Under the pieces are notes generated by a model. It searched no databases and had not been told where the DNA came from. It worked only from the letters and a program-made list of their open reading frames with translations. 64,000 bases of DNA from Cyanophora paradoxa CCMP329 (Eukaryota; Plantae; Glaucophyta). Below are positions 14,001 through 27,200 of this stretch, piece after piece. The DNA lies in contig QPMI01000148.1 in NCBI GenBank assembly GCA_004431415.1, forward strand, positions 41,782 through 105,781. Reading direction: 5' to 3'. Each line of letters begins with the position of its first letter. The first letter of the stretch is position 1. Made by a program: the position numbers and the translations under genes.

Positions 14001-15379
14001 GGCTGGTGTGACGAACTTGAAGCAGCTCCTGCGCAAGCGATCGCCGGTCAGAATTAATTATGTTGGACGTTTTCTTTATATAATTATCTTCATGAACAGT
14101 CGACCTTGGGGGAAGGAAGGCCCTTCGGTCCAACGGTACGTAATTAACTACCACGTATATATACGTATACTGGTCGGCTGCAGCTGGTAAGCAGTGTACT
14201 AAGCACTGCTAAGCAGTCACTGAGTGGTAACTTCTCACAGAAAAATTCAAAATGCGAAATTCGTATGAATATTAATTAAGACACGTAGCATTTTGACGGT
14301 AGCAGTACTAGTGGTACCGGCCGCGATAGGCACTGGTACTACGGTAGCACGTGTACCAGTGTACGTATCATCTTCTCTAAACAGTCAGATCATATGCATC
14401 ACTGAGTCATTTTGTATTCGGGCTGCATGCATATGCATGCGCAGCTATACTAGCTATAGTATCTGCTGCCTGGGAGAGCCTCGGAGTCTTAGAGTCGGAG
14501 AGCTGCATGCGCAGCTGCTAATTATAATCATGATCATGATTTATGATACATTCGCGCGTGCTTCCGGCCGCGGGGAATCCGAGATTTTCAGAACGTATAC
14601 ACACCAGCGAATTTATTTTTTCTACGGTGCAAAAGAGATGGCGTTCGTACGTTCAGCCCTCAGTCACTGAGTGAGCACTTCTACTGCCTCTAGTACATAA
14701 TAGAGTCTATAGCTAGCTCACACCTCGATAACTGCGCAAGCCGCTCTGTGTTCGGAAGCCTTGAAGTTCGGAACATGAATCGGATCCGATGATCTACGCA
14801 TGCTGATCATGATCATGCATATGAGCCGCACTGCGGCACTACGGCACTGCGGAACTCGGAAGCTCATTGATGCCATGATGTAAGCTTAAGCGCTCAGCGT
14901 GCGGCCGTAGCTAGCTGTAGCCGCGGTCGGTGATCATGACAAACTTCGAATTCGGAAGTTAAAAAAATCGCGATTGCGCTTCTTCTTTAACTAAACATGT
15001 ACATAAGAAATCGTAGATCGTGGTTCATATGCCAGCTGCAGCAGACCAGATGTAGCTAAACTACACGGCGCGCGACTCGGCGATCAACCAGGAGGCGAGG
15101 TAATTATAAATATACTAGCAGACCGCGCCCGGCCCTGTGCAAGAGTGGCAAGTGCGGGCCACGCGCGGAGGTGCAAGGGGGGGTACTGGTACACATTGCA
15201 GGGTACTTAGGGTGGGAGGGGGGGGGGCGGAAGGGGGGGAGGGGGGAGGGGCAGAGAGGCAAGGCTGGCTGCCGGGCGAGGCGGGCGGGGTGGCGAGGCG
15301 GGCAGGTGGGGTGGCGTCGCGGGCGGCGGGACCGGGCAGGCAGGCAGGCGAAGGCGGCGGCGGGCAGGGAAGCGGGCGG

Positions 15380-16010
15380 AGGGGCAGGTGGCGCCGGGCC
15401 CTGCGCATAGCCTGCACATACGCAGAGCCGAGGCGTCAGCTCGCCCCGGACAGCGGCCGTGCGGGGGCGGGGCCCAGCGGGGGCGGCCGGGCCAGGTGCG
15501 CGGCAGCAGCGGCGGAGCGAACCTGGAGTCGACGACGCTGGAGCAGCCGGCAAGCCTAGGGCGCCGGCGGCGGGCGGGGAAGCGGGCGGAGGGGCAGGTG
15601 GCGCCGGGCCCTGCGCATAGCCTGCACATACGCAGAGCCGAGGCGTCAGCTCGCCCCGGACAGCGGCCGTGCGGGGGCGGGGCCCAGCGGGGGCGGCCGG
15701 GCCAGGTGCGCGGCAGCAGCGGCGGAGCGAACCTGGAGTCGACGACGCTGGAGCAGCCGGCAAGCCTAGGGCGCCGGCGGCGGGCGGGGAAGCGGGCGGA
15801 GGGGCAGGTGGCGCCGGGCCCTGCGCATAGCCTGCACATACGCAGAGCCGAGGCGTCAGCTCGCCCCGGAAAGCGGCCGTGCGGGGGCGGGGCCCAGCGG
15901 GGGCGTCCGGGCCAGGTGCGCGGCAGCAGCGGCGGAGCGAACCTGGAGTCGACGACGCTGAAGCAACCGGCAGGGCGGCGGGCGGGGAAGCGAGCGGAGG
16001 GGCAGGTGGC
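15380..16010. repeat. Tandem repeat, 210-bp unit, three copies
   Basis: gcgccgggccctgcgcatagcc recurs at 15391, 15601 and 15811 with near-identical units. Confidence 0.95.
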
Positions 16011-16876
16011 CTAGGGCCTAGGGCCTAGGGCCGAGGCGCCAGCGCGCTCTGGAGAGCGGCGGCGCGGGGGCGAGGCCCAGTGGCGCCGGCTAGCTCGGCC
16101 CATGGCCAGCTGCAGCTGCAGCGAATACTGCGGGCGCTGGGGCGCTGGCCGCGGGTCAAGACACGCGCGCGTGGCGTTGAGGGCTAGCTATCTAGGCCTA
16201 GGCGTTCACTCGTACGCGTGCGAGGCCTAGGCAGCCCGCCGCGGCGCGGCTAGGCTGCGCCGTACTTGCAATTGCTCACCGGCATGACAGCTCATTGTGA
16301 CTGCGCTTGAGGGTCTAGACATATCGATATCGATATCTAAATCTTAGCTGGAGTCTGCTTGAACCGGAGTTCGTCAGAAACCGAGAGCGAAGCTTAAGGC
16401 GGAACGCCGCGGCCCGAGCTCGAGGCCGCAGCCGGAATTCGAAGCGCACCGGAACGCGGCGTCGCGAGCAGAGCTGCGCATGCGAGCTCGTGCACATGTA
16501 ACAGCTGCTTCGCTTCTTCGCTTGCCATGGCCACCTGCTCCATTCCCCCCTGCTCCATTCCCCCCTGCTCCATTCCCCCCTGCTCCAGCTTGAAGCACGG
16601 GTACTGCAACACGATATCGGCCGAAACTCTCGGGAGCGCTTTTTTTCGGCGCCCGGTACAACAGGTACTTGAGGCGGCCTAGCGCGCGACGCGCCGCTTC
16701 TCGAGCCAAGGCATGTATGACAGAGTTTGTAGAGCGCATTTAGAGCAATCAGGAGCACGTGGTTTGGCGCATATAGCAATAGCAGGTGAGGAGCGGCTTC
16801 GACATGTTTGCGCAGCCCCGCCGGCGCCATTGCATTTTTTTCCGCCGCTCGCAGCGGCTATGGTGCGATCACACCT

Positions 16877-17875
16877 GGGGGGGGGGGGGGCTACGTCGGG
16901 AGGAGACTCTCGACACCACCTACCTACTACTTCACCATACCTAGTCCTCGAGAAACTTACCTGATCTACTCTTAGCCTCGCACACACTAGATATAGCCGC
17001 CCCGACCGACTCGCTGGGCCCGCCCAAGCGAGCGCCTGCCTTGCCTCCCTCTCCCGCTCTGCCTCCCGCTCGCTCTCTTGGCCCTGCCTCCCATTCACGA
17101 CCTCGCCCGCGCTCCTCGCGCCTCGACAGGGAGGGAACGATGGATCGGAAGGCTTGGCGGAAGGCTTCGGCTGGTCGTTGCACCCACCAGATACCCGGCC
17201 ATCGTGCCAGGACCGTGGGTTGAAGGACCGCCGCGGAGGGGGGCTCGCAATTGCCCGCGGCGGGGGTGCGGCGGCTGGTTCGAGGCTGGAAGCCCTGCTG
17301 ACCGAGAAATCCGACCCTCCCCTCCCCGCCACGGCCGGCGCCGACCTTCTCCGTCCCGCCCCACTTCTTCCCCGCAACGTCCCCCTCGCCTCATTCCCCT
17401 CGGCCCCTCTACGCCGACGTGCTTCCACCCGCGCTTCGGGCGAGCGGCCCCTCGACGCGGAGCCCGCCGCGCTAGCTGTAGTCGCGGCCGCGTCGAGAGT
17501 AGGCAGATTAGACCGCGGGTCCGTCCTGGCTTTCCTACCGTACAGTAGAACAGCCCGCGAGCTCCGGACGTCCCGACGGTCCCTAGGCAGGCAGCACTAG
17601 CAGTAGTAGTGTTTTAATTTACCTCCCTCTCGTAGACCCTGGGTAGTCCTCTCGGTAGCCTAGTCCTAAGCTAGGCTAGATGTATAGGTAGTAGCTCTCT
17701 GCTCTGGGTTAGCTTTGCTTTAGTTTACGTCTCCTTGACTAGCTCCACCCTGTCCGATGGCTGATAGGTTCCCTACCCGGCGTAACCAGTAGGCTCATCT
17801 TTCGACTTGACACTTTACGGACTCCTCAGTTCTATCATTAGCCGTATTGTCTCGGTGTGTGCGAATTCACTAATG
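16877..17875 (+). mobile_element. ~1.0-kb non-coding insertion with 15-bp TSD (SINE-like, non-autonomous)
   Basis: ggtgcgatcacacct at 16862-16876 and 17876-17890; starts with a G14 run; last ~130 bp homologous to the end of the 61212-62132 insertion. Strand inferred from the shared right end. Confidence 0.75.
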
Positions 17876-18287
17876 GGTGCGATCACACCTATACGAGAGT
17901 GCATGCAAAGAATCTCATCTTACAAAAATTGCTAACACAGAAAGTACGCCGCACCAATTCACCAGGGGAGCAAGGGAGGGGGTACCCCCCCTTGCAATAA
18001 CGGAAGGGGCGGACGGCCACGGGGATGAAGAGGGAGGGTGCTCGAGGGAAGGGGGAGGACGGGGGCGGGACGGGGCCGGGGGAGAGGGGGGCGGCCGCGG
18101 TCCGAACGGGGGGGAGGGGCGGGGGAGGGGGCAATTGTAATACAAAGTACATGGCGCTGCTACTAGTTCTAGTACTAGAACTAATCGTAAGCGAGATCCG
18201 TCGGAAGGCAGGCGGGCGAAGCTCGAGCTCAGCTCGAGTCGCTGGCTCATATGAATGATCACGATCACCATCATCGCGATCGAGTTA

Positions 18288-21200
18288 CTAAGAGGAGAGG
18301 GAGGCGCGGCGGGGCCGCCCCAGGACAGGGCCCGCGGGGGCGCTGGAGGCGGAGGCCATGGAGGGGCGGTCCCGCAGGATAGAGGCGGACGTGAGTAGCG
18401 GGGCGTTGGCGCGCCGCGGGCGGATGATCTGCGGAGCGGGAGGGGAGGGGAAGGGAGGGGAGGGGGCGGCCGTGAGTCAGGTCCCAGCGGGAGCGGGAGC
18501 GGCGCTGGGGTTGGGTGGAAGGGTAATGAGCGGGGGTGGCATGGGTGGTGCGGAATAAGGGGGTGGAGGTGGAGGGGATAAGAACGAAGGTAGAAGGGGG
18601 GGGGGGGGGGCAAGGGGCGCGAAGAGAGGTGGGGGGGGGGGGGGGGGGGATATAGAGCCTGCATGCTTAGGGTGACGAGCCGGAGGGGGACGGGGGAACC
18701 TTTTTTCCGAGAGCGCTATGAATAGCTAACTGGGGAGCTCCCTCCTAGCCAAGCCTCTAACGGCCCCCTAGGCAAGGGCGCGTGGGAAGGGACCGGGGGC
18801 CGGCGGGAGAAAGGGAGGGAGGGGGGGAGCGGGGGATAGGGAGAAAGGAGGCAATCGCAAAATTATCAATTGCAAGGACGGGGACCTTCTTTTCGGAAGC
18901 TGGAGAAGGGGAAAAGGAGGCAGCCGCAGGGGCGAAGGTGGGGATCCGAAGGGGAAGGGAGGGAGGGGAGGGGTAGGGGAAAAGGAGGCTATTGCAAGCT
19001 TATTAATATTAAGGGCGCGGAGCTAGGCAAGGGCGCGGGCCTATCTGGATCTCGTTGGAAGGTGGGGAGGGGTAGAGAGAGAGGGGGGGGTAGGGGAAAA
19101 GGGACCTTCTTCTCGACGAGGATGCGCGTGATGAGCTGGAAGAAGGAGTTGATGGCCTGCGCCGAAAGAGGGGGGAGGAGAGAGAGTCAGACGAGGCGGG
19201 GGGGGGGGGGGGGGGGGAGGGGGTGGGGGGAGGGGGCTCCGGGCGCGTTGCGCTTCACGAGTTATAAGGGAGAAAGAGAGCTCTAAGAGATCTAAGCTAT
19301 ATATAGACCCGAATCCCCGCCCTCAAATTAGTTCGGAACGGCGCACCGCGATGACCTCGTCCTCAAAAGGCCTCTGAGGCCTCTGATGAGAGATCTAAGC
19401 CCTAAGATAGATTCCCCTTGTCTTCAGCTAACTATAGCTAGGCAACAAGGAAATCGCTCCAATCTGAAACCCCTGTCCTGCGAAATATGGCCCCGTTTGA
19501 AATCAAGACATCTAAGATGACTTCCTCCTTAAGCTTAGAGCTCTAAGAGTTCTAAGCTCTAAAGATAGACCCTCTAGATCTAGATCCCTCTAGATCTCCT
19601 AGAATTTTTGTTATCGGACGCACCGCGATGACCTCGTCCTCGGAGGCCTCGGAGGGGTCGAGCCCGTCGGGGACCCCCCCCCGCCCCGCCCGCATCGCCA
19701 GCGCCAGCGCCGCCGCCGCCGTCGCCTGCGCGCGAGCCCAAGTTGGATATCTTGTAGATCTCAAGGCCTTAAGGCCTTAAGATAGAACCGGACCGGGGCG
19801 AGTGTTGCCTAGCTATAGTTAGCTGAAGACAAGGGGAATTGGAGGGCGGCGCAGGGGCCGCCTACTGCGCACGGGCCCAGGTTGGGTGTATAGAGGGCGA
19901 CCGGACCGGGGGGTACACAGTCTCCTGGGGCTCTCGCATTGCCTAGATTCTTGATATAAGACCAGCCTCGGATTACTGTCAAAAGAAAATGATCTGGATC
20001 TCCGCGCACGGCGAAGCTCTAGATCTTATCTCTAGATCGATGTCTTGTAGATCGTAAGACCTGGCTTCTGATCTAGATGGCGGGGACCGGGCGCACGGCG
20101 CGCTGGATCTCGGGCTCGGGTGCCGCCTCGCTGCCGCGGCGGGGCACGGGCGGCAGCCGCGACGTCTTCCGTGCCATCGGCGGTCCCGACCCCGCAGCCT
20201 CGTCGCCCTGCGGGGCGGCTTGCAATCAGTTCGGGCGCCTTTGCTATAAAAGAGAGTAGGGCGGTGCTGCTCAGGAGGACAATTCGGGAGGATGGACGGG
20301 TGCCCCGGACCTGGCCGGGGGCTTCGGGGCCTTAAGGGATAGTACTAGGCCAGAAAGGGGCGGTGCGCAGTTGCCAAGGGATCCTGGGCCGAGAGAAGAA
20401 GCCCTAAGGGATGCTGGGCCGGCTAGAGAAGGCCAAGGGGAGCCTAAGCCTAAGCTTCAAGGGCCGAGGGACGGGAGCCTCGAGCCTGGCCTCGGATGCT
20501 GGGCCGAGAAGCCCTAAGGGATGCTGGGCCGGCCGAGGATGGTTGGTTGCTGAGGCTTAGAAAAGGCCAAGGGGAGCCTAAGCCTAAGCCTAAGGGGCCG
20601 ATCGCGAGGGCCGGGGGCTGCGACTAAGGGACTAAGGGGAAGCCTAGAGCCTAAGCCTAAGGGGCCCATCGCGAGGGCGGGTAGCCTCGGACCTGGCCGG
20701 GGGCCTCGGAGACGGATGCGAGGGGCTGCTGCTGCTGCTGCGCGGGGGGCGAGGTGGGGTCAGGTGAGCCTCGGAGCTTGTACATTCCTTGGTGAGGTGA
20801 GAGGAGGAGGCGCCCTTGCGGCGCCCCTTAGAAGCTCCTGCCCCCTAGCCCCCTACCCTCCCCCCCCCCCCCCCCCCCCCCTCTCTTGTTCTCACCTGCT
20901 CGAAGGAGTGGCGGGCGACGGCGCAGCGGAGGAGGGCCTCCTCGAACTCCGGCAGGATCAGCTCCTCCAGGTTGTCCTGGGGGTGGGGAGGGGGGAGGGG
21001 GAGCGTCAGAGGAGGGGGGGTCTAGAGCGAGCGGCCGGGAACGGTGCCCAGCGCTACAGCCAGATCCACAGCTAGCGGCGTCGGGAAGGGGGGGGGGGAG
21101 GTGGGGGGGAGGGGGGGGGGCGGGGACGGCGGCCCAAGGGCACCTTGGCGTGGTCGTCCGCGATGGTCACGTCTGGAGGGCGGGGGGTACGTCAGCGGGG

Positions 21201-24200
21201 GTGAAGGGGGGGGGGAGCGGGGACGGGTAGGGCAGCGGGCGCGCCGTCGTCTGCGGGCGAGGGGGGTAGGAGTCAGGGTCCGAGCCAGGGACCGCGATGC
21301 ACAGGGGGTACAGGGGGCACAGGGGGTACAGCTCAAGGGCGGGGGTACAGGCGCACCGATGACGGGGTCGGCCTGGCTCGTCGCGAAGGCGTCCTGGGGG
21401 AGGGCGAAGAGGGGGGGGGGGGGGGGCGGTCAGCGGGCGCGCCACAAGTTGGACCGGAGGCGCCCACAGAGAGCGGTGGCGCCCAAGGCAAGGGAAAGGC
21501 TGTGGGAAGCGAAAGATGGCAGGGCCGCTAGAGGCGAAGCGGAAGGCAAGCGGAGCGGCCTGCCCCCCCCCCCCCCCCCCCCCCCCCCCGCCACATGCTA
21601 GAGCGGGGACCGCTAGAGCTCGAGCCCGTCCCGTCCCGCCCCGCCCCGCCCCGCCCACCCCCGCGTCCCCACGGGCCGGCGCCGGCCCCGGCCGGGGCGC
21701 ACCTGGATGTCCTTCTGGGAGAGGGCCCGGTCCTGCGCGGCGGGCGCGGGGGCGCCGTCAGCCCTCGGCCCGCTCGGCTCGGCTCCGACGCTTAGAGGAA
21801 GCGTGGGGGCGGGGGGCGAGGGCGAGGGCGGGGGGACAGGGGCGAATGGCGAGGGCGGAGGGAGGGACACGCGCCACCCCGAATGGCGTCCTCTAAGCGT
21901 CGGAGCCGGGGTGGGGGGCGAGGGGGGCGGAAGGGGGCACGGGCGGGCCTGGAGGAGGCCGAGGTCGCTGAACATCGCGAGGTACTCCCGGATCGAGATC
22001 TGCGGCAAGGCAAGGCTCTGTGAGCAGCAATCCGGCGGGGGGAGGTCAGGCCGGCGGCGGGGAGGTCGGCGGGGCTCTATATAGCGCAAAGGGGTCGGCG
22101 CCGGGCGATGTACATGTCCCGTGAGCAGCAATCCGGCGGGGGGGGGGCGGCGGTGGGCGGCGGGGCCCTGTCTTCTGCTCCCGGATCGAGATCTTAGCGG
22201 CCGCGACGGCGGGCGAGGCGAGCGCGGCGGTCCTTCATAGGCCGCGGCCCTTATCGGCAGTCCCTTACAGGCGGGCGAGCGCGGCAGTCCCTTATAGGCC
22301 GCGGCCCTTATAGGCAGTCCCTTGTAGGCGAGCGAGCGCGGCAGTCCCTCATAGGCAGCACTCGAGAGCGGTGGGCGACGGCGGGGCCCCCCAGATCTTG
22401 ATCTAAAAAAAGCATTCCGTGGCGCGGGGCAGCGCGGCGCCAGCTCCGGGTGCAAGCGTGGGGCCTGGGGCGGGGCGGGGCGGGACCCGCCCTCCCTCCA
22501 CTATTCCTTCCTCCATGCGGGCGGGGCGTGGGGCAAGCGCTCCGGGTGCAAGCAGGGCGGGGAGGGCGTGGAGGGCGCGGGCAGTGGGACGGTGCGGGCG
22601 GTGGGACGAGGAGTGCGTGGGGTGTGGGGCGGGGCGCGGGGCGCACCGAGCGGGCCTTGTCGGCGCCGTAGATCCGCGTCGCCTGCGCCCCCCGCGACCG
22701 TCGGCCCCGGGCGCGGCCCCTAAAGGCGGGGGCGGCGCCGCGGGGAGAGGGGCGTCGAGAGATAGCCTAAGGTGGCTTAGGTGTGGCGGTAGAGTTAAGG
22801 CTAGGCTGTGCCCGGCACGCGTGGCTTTGCTTGCACTGGGTGTCCTTTATCAACTCTAACCCCGACAGGGCAGAGTCTAAACTCTACCGCCACACCTAAG
22901 CCACCTTAGGCTATCTCTCCGCGGGGAGAGGGGCGTCGGAGAGAGAGCCGCCCCTCAGCCGGAGTCGCCTGCTAGATCCTTGATAGATAGATAGATAGAT
23001 AGATTGGGGGCGAGGAGGAAGGTGGGAAGGGGGCGTTTGTTTGGTGAATCCTAGATCTCCTTCTTAGTAATGTGAGAATAATAAGAGTGAATCTTCTTCT
23101 TCTCCTAAGAAGCTTTTAGAAGTGCTTCCACTTCCTCTTCGAGAAGTGATCCTTGATAGATAGATTGGGGGCGAGGAAGAAGGTGAGAAGGGAGCGCGGC
23201 CCCTAAAGGCGGGAGCGGCGCCGTGGGGAGACGGCCGCGGGGCAGGGCGAACGTTGGTGTCGCGGTTACGGTACCTGCGCACGCGGGGCGGGGCGGGGCG
23301 GGGCGGGGATGCCGTCAGAAGGCATTAAGAGGCCATTAACAAGGGCTGAGAGCATTAAGGAGCTTCTCCTGGCGGCGCGGCCGGAGCCGTACCCCTCGAA
23401 TAGGAAGCGGAGGCACTCTAAAAGCTTCAAAGGAGAAGAAGAAGAAGAAGAAGAATGACTTCAATTATTCTCCTATTACTAAGAAGAAGATCTAGGATTT
23501 AAGCGGCCTATGATTTACTGAGAAGAAGATCTAGGATACACTCTCTTAAGATGATAGCGGCCTACAAGATTAACTCTTATTATTCTCCTATCGACTCTCA
23601 CGCCTCACTAAGGCTCGGGGCGCAAGGGCGCCTTGCGCACCGCTCGAAGAGAAAACGGATCCACTAAGAAGAAGATCTAAGGTTCACTCTTTCTTATTTT
23701 GAAGGATTCACTCTCTGAAGATAGCGGCCTAAAAGATTAACTCTTATTGTTCTCCTATCGACTCTAACTCATAACTAGTGCTCGGGGCGCAGGGGCGCAC
23801 CGTTCGAAGAGGAAGCGGACGGTGGGCCGCACGTCCACCACCACCGCCTGGCCCCGCCGCCCCGCCCCCCGCCCCGTCAGAGGCTCCGAGGCTCCCTCCA
23901 GGTCTAGATCTCCTCTATAAAGCGGGTTCCCGTGGGCAAGGAGGGAAGATATAGCCATAGGTGGCATAATGGTGGCGGTAGCGACTGGCCCCGCCGCCCC
24001 GCCCCCCGCCCCGTCAGCCGAAGAAGGATGCGGCATGGGTTTGGATCTAGATCCCCGTTACGGGGCCAGTCGAGGAGCGCCCCGCCCCCCGCCCCGTCAG
24101 AGGCTCCGAGGCTCCCCCAGTTGAGGAGCGAGCCTGCATCTAGGTCTAGATCTCGGGGGCCCGCCGCCCCGCCCCGCCCCGTCAGAGGCTCCGAGGCTCC

Positions 24201-27200
24201 CCCCAGGTCTAAGTCTCACCCCTAGGACTGAAGCGGGTTCCTGTGGGCTAGGCGGGGAGGAGGGAGGGGGGGGGGGGGAGGGGGGGGGGGAGGGGGGGCG
24301 GTCCGAGGCTCCCCCAGTTGAGGAGCGAGGCTGCATCTAGGTCTCGATATCACTTCTAGGACCTAGACCTAGATGCAGGACCACCACCACCGACTGGCCC
24401 CGCCGCCCCGCCCCGCCCCGTCAGAGGCTCCGAGGCTCCAGAAACCCAGGATCTAGATCTCACCCCTAGGACTGGAGCGGGTTCCTGGGGGCAGCTCATA
24501 GGCGGCTCACTCCTAGATCTAGGGTTCCTCGGGCTCCTCTATGAAGCGGGTTCCTCGGAGGGGGGGGGGTCCCTGAAGCGGGTTCCTATATGAAGCGGCA
24601 TAGGTGGCATAGGATCTAGATCGAGATCTAGGAGCCCCGGAGGGCTCACCGATGATCCTAGATCCAGGCTTCCTCGGGCTCCTCTATGAAGCGGGTTCCT
24701 GTGGGCAAGGGGAGGGGCGCACGACCTTCCCCCCAGATCTAGATCTCTCGCCCCTTTCTCGGGGTCTCTCTCTCTCACGGGGCGCACCTGGACGGCGTCG
24801 TGCTGCATGAGGCGGCGGAACTCCTGCACGTCGTCCCTGCGCGCCCGGGCGGCCCTCAGGCGAGGGGGCCCCGAGGGAGATGATCATGAGCGGTCTAGAG
24901 GAGGATTTCCCGGCCTCGGGCGGCCGTCGGGCGGCCGGCCCTCGGATCAAGCGGATCACGCCGTCAGATCTAGCACAGAGTTATATCGGTGCGCAGCGCC
25001 TCAATCTAGCAATCAATCTCACGTCGTCGCTGCGCCGTCGGGCGGCCCGCCCTCAGGCGAGCCCCGCGCTCGAGGGCGCCGGAGCCGCTCTCTGGCATCG
25101 GGTCGGAGCCACCGCAGAGCCCCGCGCAAGGGCCGCCGCCGGTGTCGAGGGCGTTCTAGGTCGAGGGCCGGTGGGGAGGACCCGAGACGTTCTAGATCGA
25201 GGGCCGGTGGGGGAGGACCCGGCGCGCTCCTGAAGCTAAAGGAGCCCCGGGCCCGGGCCGGCGGGCGCACCACCGCCGTCCCGGCGCAGACTAGAGAGAT
25301 TTCTCTCGGCGCACCAGAGATTTCTCTCGGCCCTCCCCCTTTTCTATGAATCTTAAGCAACCGCGCACCACCTCGCGTTGGGGAGGACGTCGCGCTCCAT
25401 GAGCATCACGAAGCGCTCCGCCACCGTCTTCCCCACGCGCGCCTGCGGGAGGCTCTCCTCAGGGGCGGGTGCGGGAGGCTTAAGGGCTTATGGGTTCCGT
25501 CCTTATGCTCTTAAGCTTATGAAGCTTAGAAGCATAAGAGATTATGGGTCTCCGGCTAAGAAGCTTATGCGGCGGGGCCGGGGCCGGGGCCGCCGTCTTC
25601 CCCACGCGCGCCTGCCCGAGGCTCTCCTCAGAGGCCGGGGCCGGGGGGTTGAGAGGGGCGGGGGCCGGGCGGGGGCGGGGCCGGGACGGGGGGGGGGTAG
25701 GGTCTAAGAGCTAAGCCGAGATCCTCCGGCGGGGCCGGGGGGTACGGACGTAGCGGAGGTTGGCGAGGCGGACGACGGCGTTCATGAACTCCGGCAGCAC
25801 CTGCGCGGGGAAAGGCCGTTAGGTTTAGAAAGAGGAGAAGCGGCTTAGAAAGAAAGGAACGGAGGGGGAGGAGAAGCGGCTTAGTAGTTAAGTGGGAGGC
25901 GAGGCGGGGCGGAGGGTAGGAGGAAAGAAGCGGGGCGGCTTGGTAGCTCTGCTACGTTCAGGGAAGCGGCGGCGGGGCGGCGGCCTCCAGCAGCCTAGGG
26001 GGACGCGACCGGAGCCTAGGCCCGGGCGCTCGCCCATGATCCCGGGGGACGCGTCCTTTGGCGCCTTTAGGGCTCTAGAAGGAAAGGAGGAGAGGAGGAG
26101 AGGGTAATCCCGCTTAGTACCGGCGGACGATTCAAGGACGCGCACCATCGTCAGCTTGTTGTTTCCCTCCACCTCGATCGGGGCGCCCTGGGACGGGAAA
26201 CGGGTTCAGGGGGGGAAGAAGAGGAGGGGGGGGTACCGCACCGCGCGGGCCATGGACTCGACGAGGGCCTTGGGGGGGTCTTTGTTCGCCGAGATGAACA
26301 CGATGTTCACCTGAGAAAGGGTAGACGGGAGAACGGTCGTCAGGGCGGGTTCCCCTCCAGAAGAAGAACAATGGAGAAGGAGCAGGGCAGGGCAGGGAAG
26401 GGTTGGGTGAAAGGAACGGTCGTCAGGTGGGGCGGCCCAAAGTCCGAGCCTAGACATGAGCCCGCCTCGGACCGCCCGGACCCCAAAACCCGGCGACAGC
26501 CCAGCCTCAGCGCCCGAGCCCCTGCCAGGGGCGCGCCTTGGGGGTACAAACTAGATAAAGAGGAGGGCAGGGGGATACGAGGCCCGGCATCCAGTAAACC
26601 TCGGAACTAGGCTATCCCATACCCCTCCCAGGGGCGCGCCTTGGGGGCGGTGAGCTCGCGGCACAGCAGCTGGCAGTCCTGCACGAAGACGTCGAACTCT
26701 GAGGGGGGGGGGAGAAAGGAGATCAGGTGAGCGACATGCAGGCGGGGACGGTGGGGAGGCAGGGGTGCGGGTGTACCCCGCTTGTTGACCGTGTACATCT
26801 CCTCCCCGTCGACGCGCCGCGCCCGCACCGCGATCGCCTTCACCTGTACCCCCGCCGGCCGTGTCGGGGGTATGGGAGCGGAAGGAGGGGAGGGGTACAC
26901 GGGCCTTGGCGCCATCGAGGCGCGCGTAGTAGCGGAAGATGTTCCGTACGGGGATGTAGTACCTGGGGGGTACGGGTAAGGGGCCGGGGGGGGAAGAGTT
27001 GGGGAGGAAGGGGTACGGACTCTTTGTGGAACATGCCCCGCAGCTGCGCGGGAGGGCGAGCAGGGGTACAGTCATCAGGAACGGGGATGGAGCCGAAAAG
27101 GGGTACGGGCGCTCGCCTCGTTGAGCTCCTCGTGGGGCACGTACCCGGAGCGGGTCCGTACCGTCTCGTCTGCGGGGGTACGTCGTTGGAGGCGGTCACG

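Noticed and set aside
17740-17870. Hammerhead ribozyme (minus strand has CTGAGGAG...CGAAA)
   Set aside because: Stem II does not pair and the homologous copy at 62 kb has CTGGGGTG in place of the core.
16315-17970. Protein-coding gene or transposase interrupted by the 1-kb insertion
   Set aside because: Rejoining the flanks gives only short frames with no recognisable motif.
16011-20660. Telomere-like short repeats (cctaggg)n and (gcctaa)n
   Set aside because: Only two or three units each, embedded in palindrome-rich filler.
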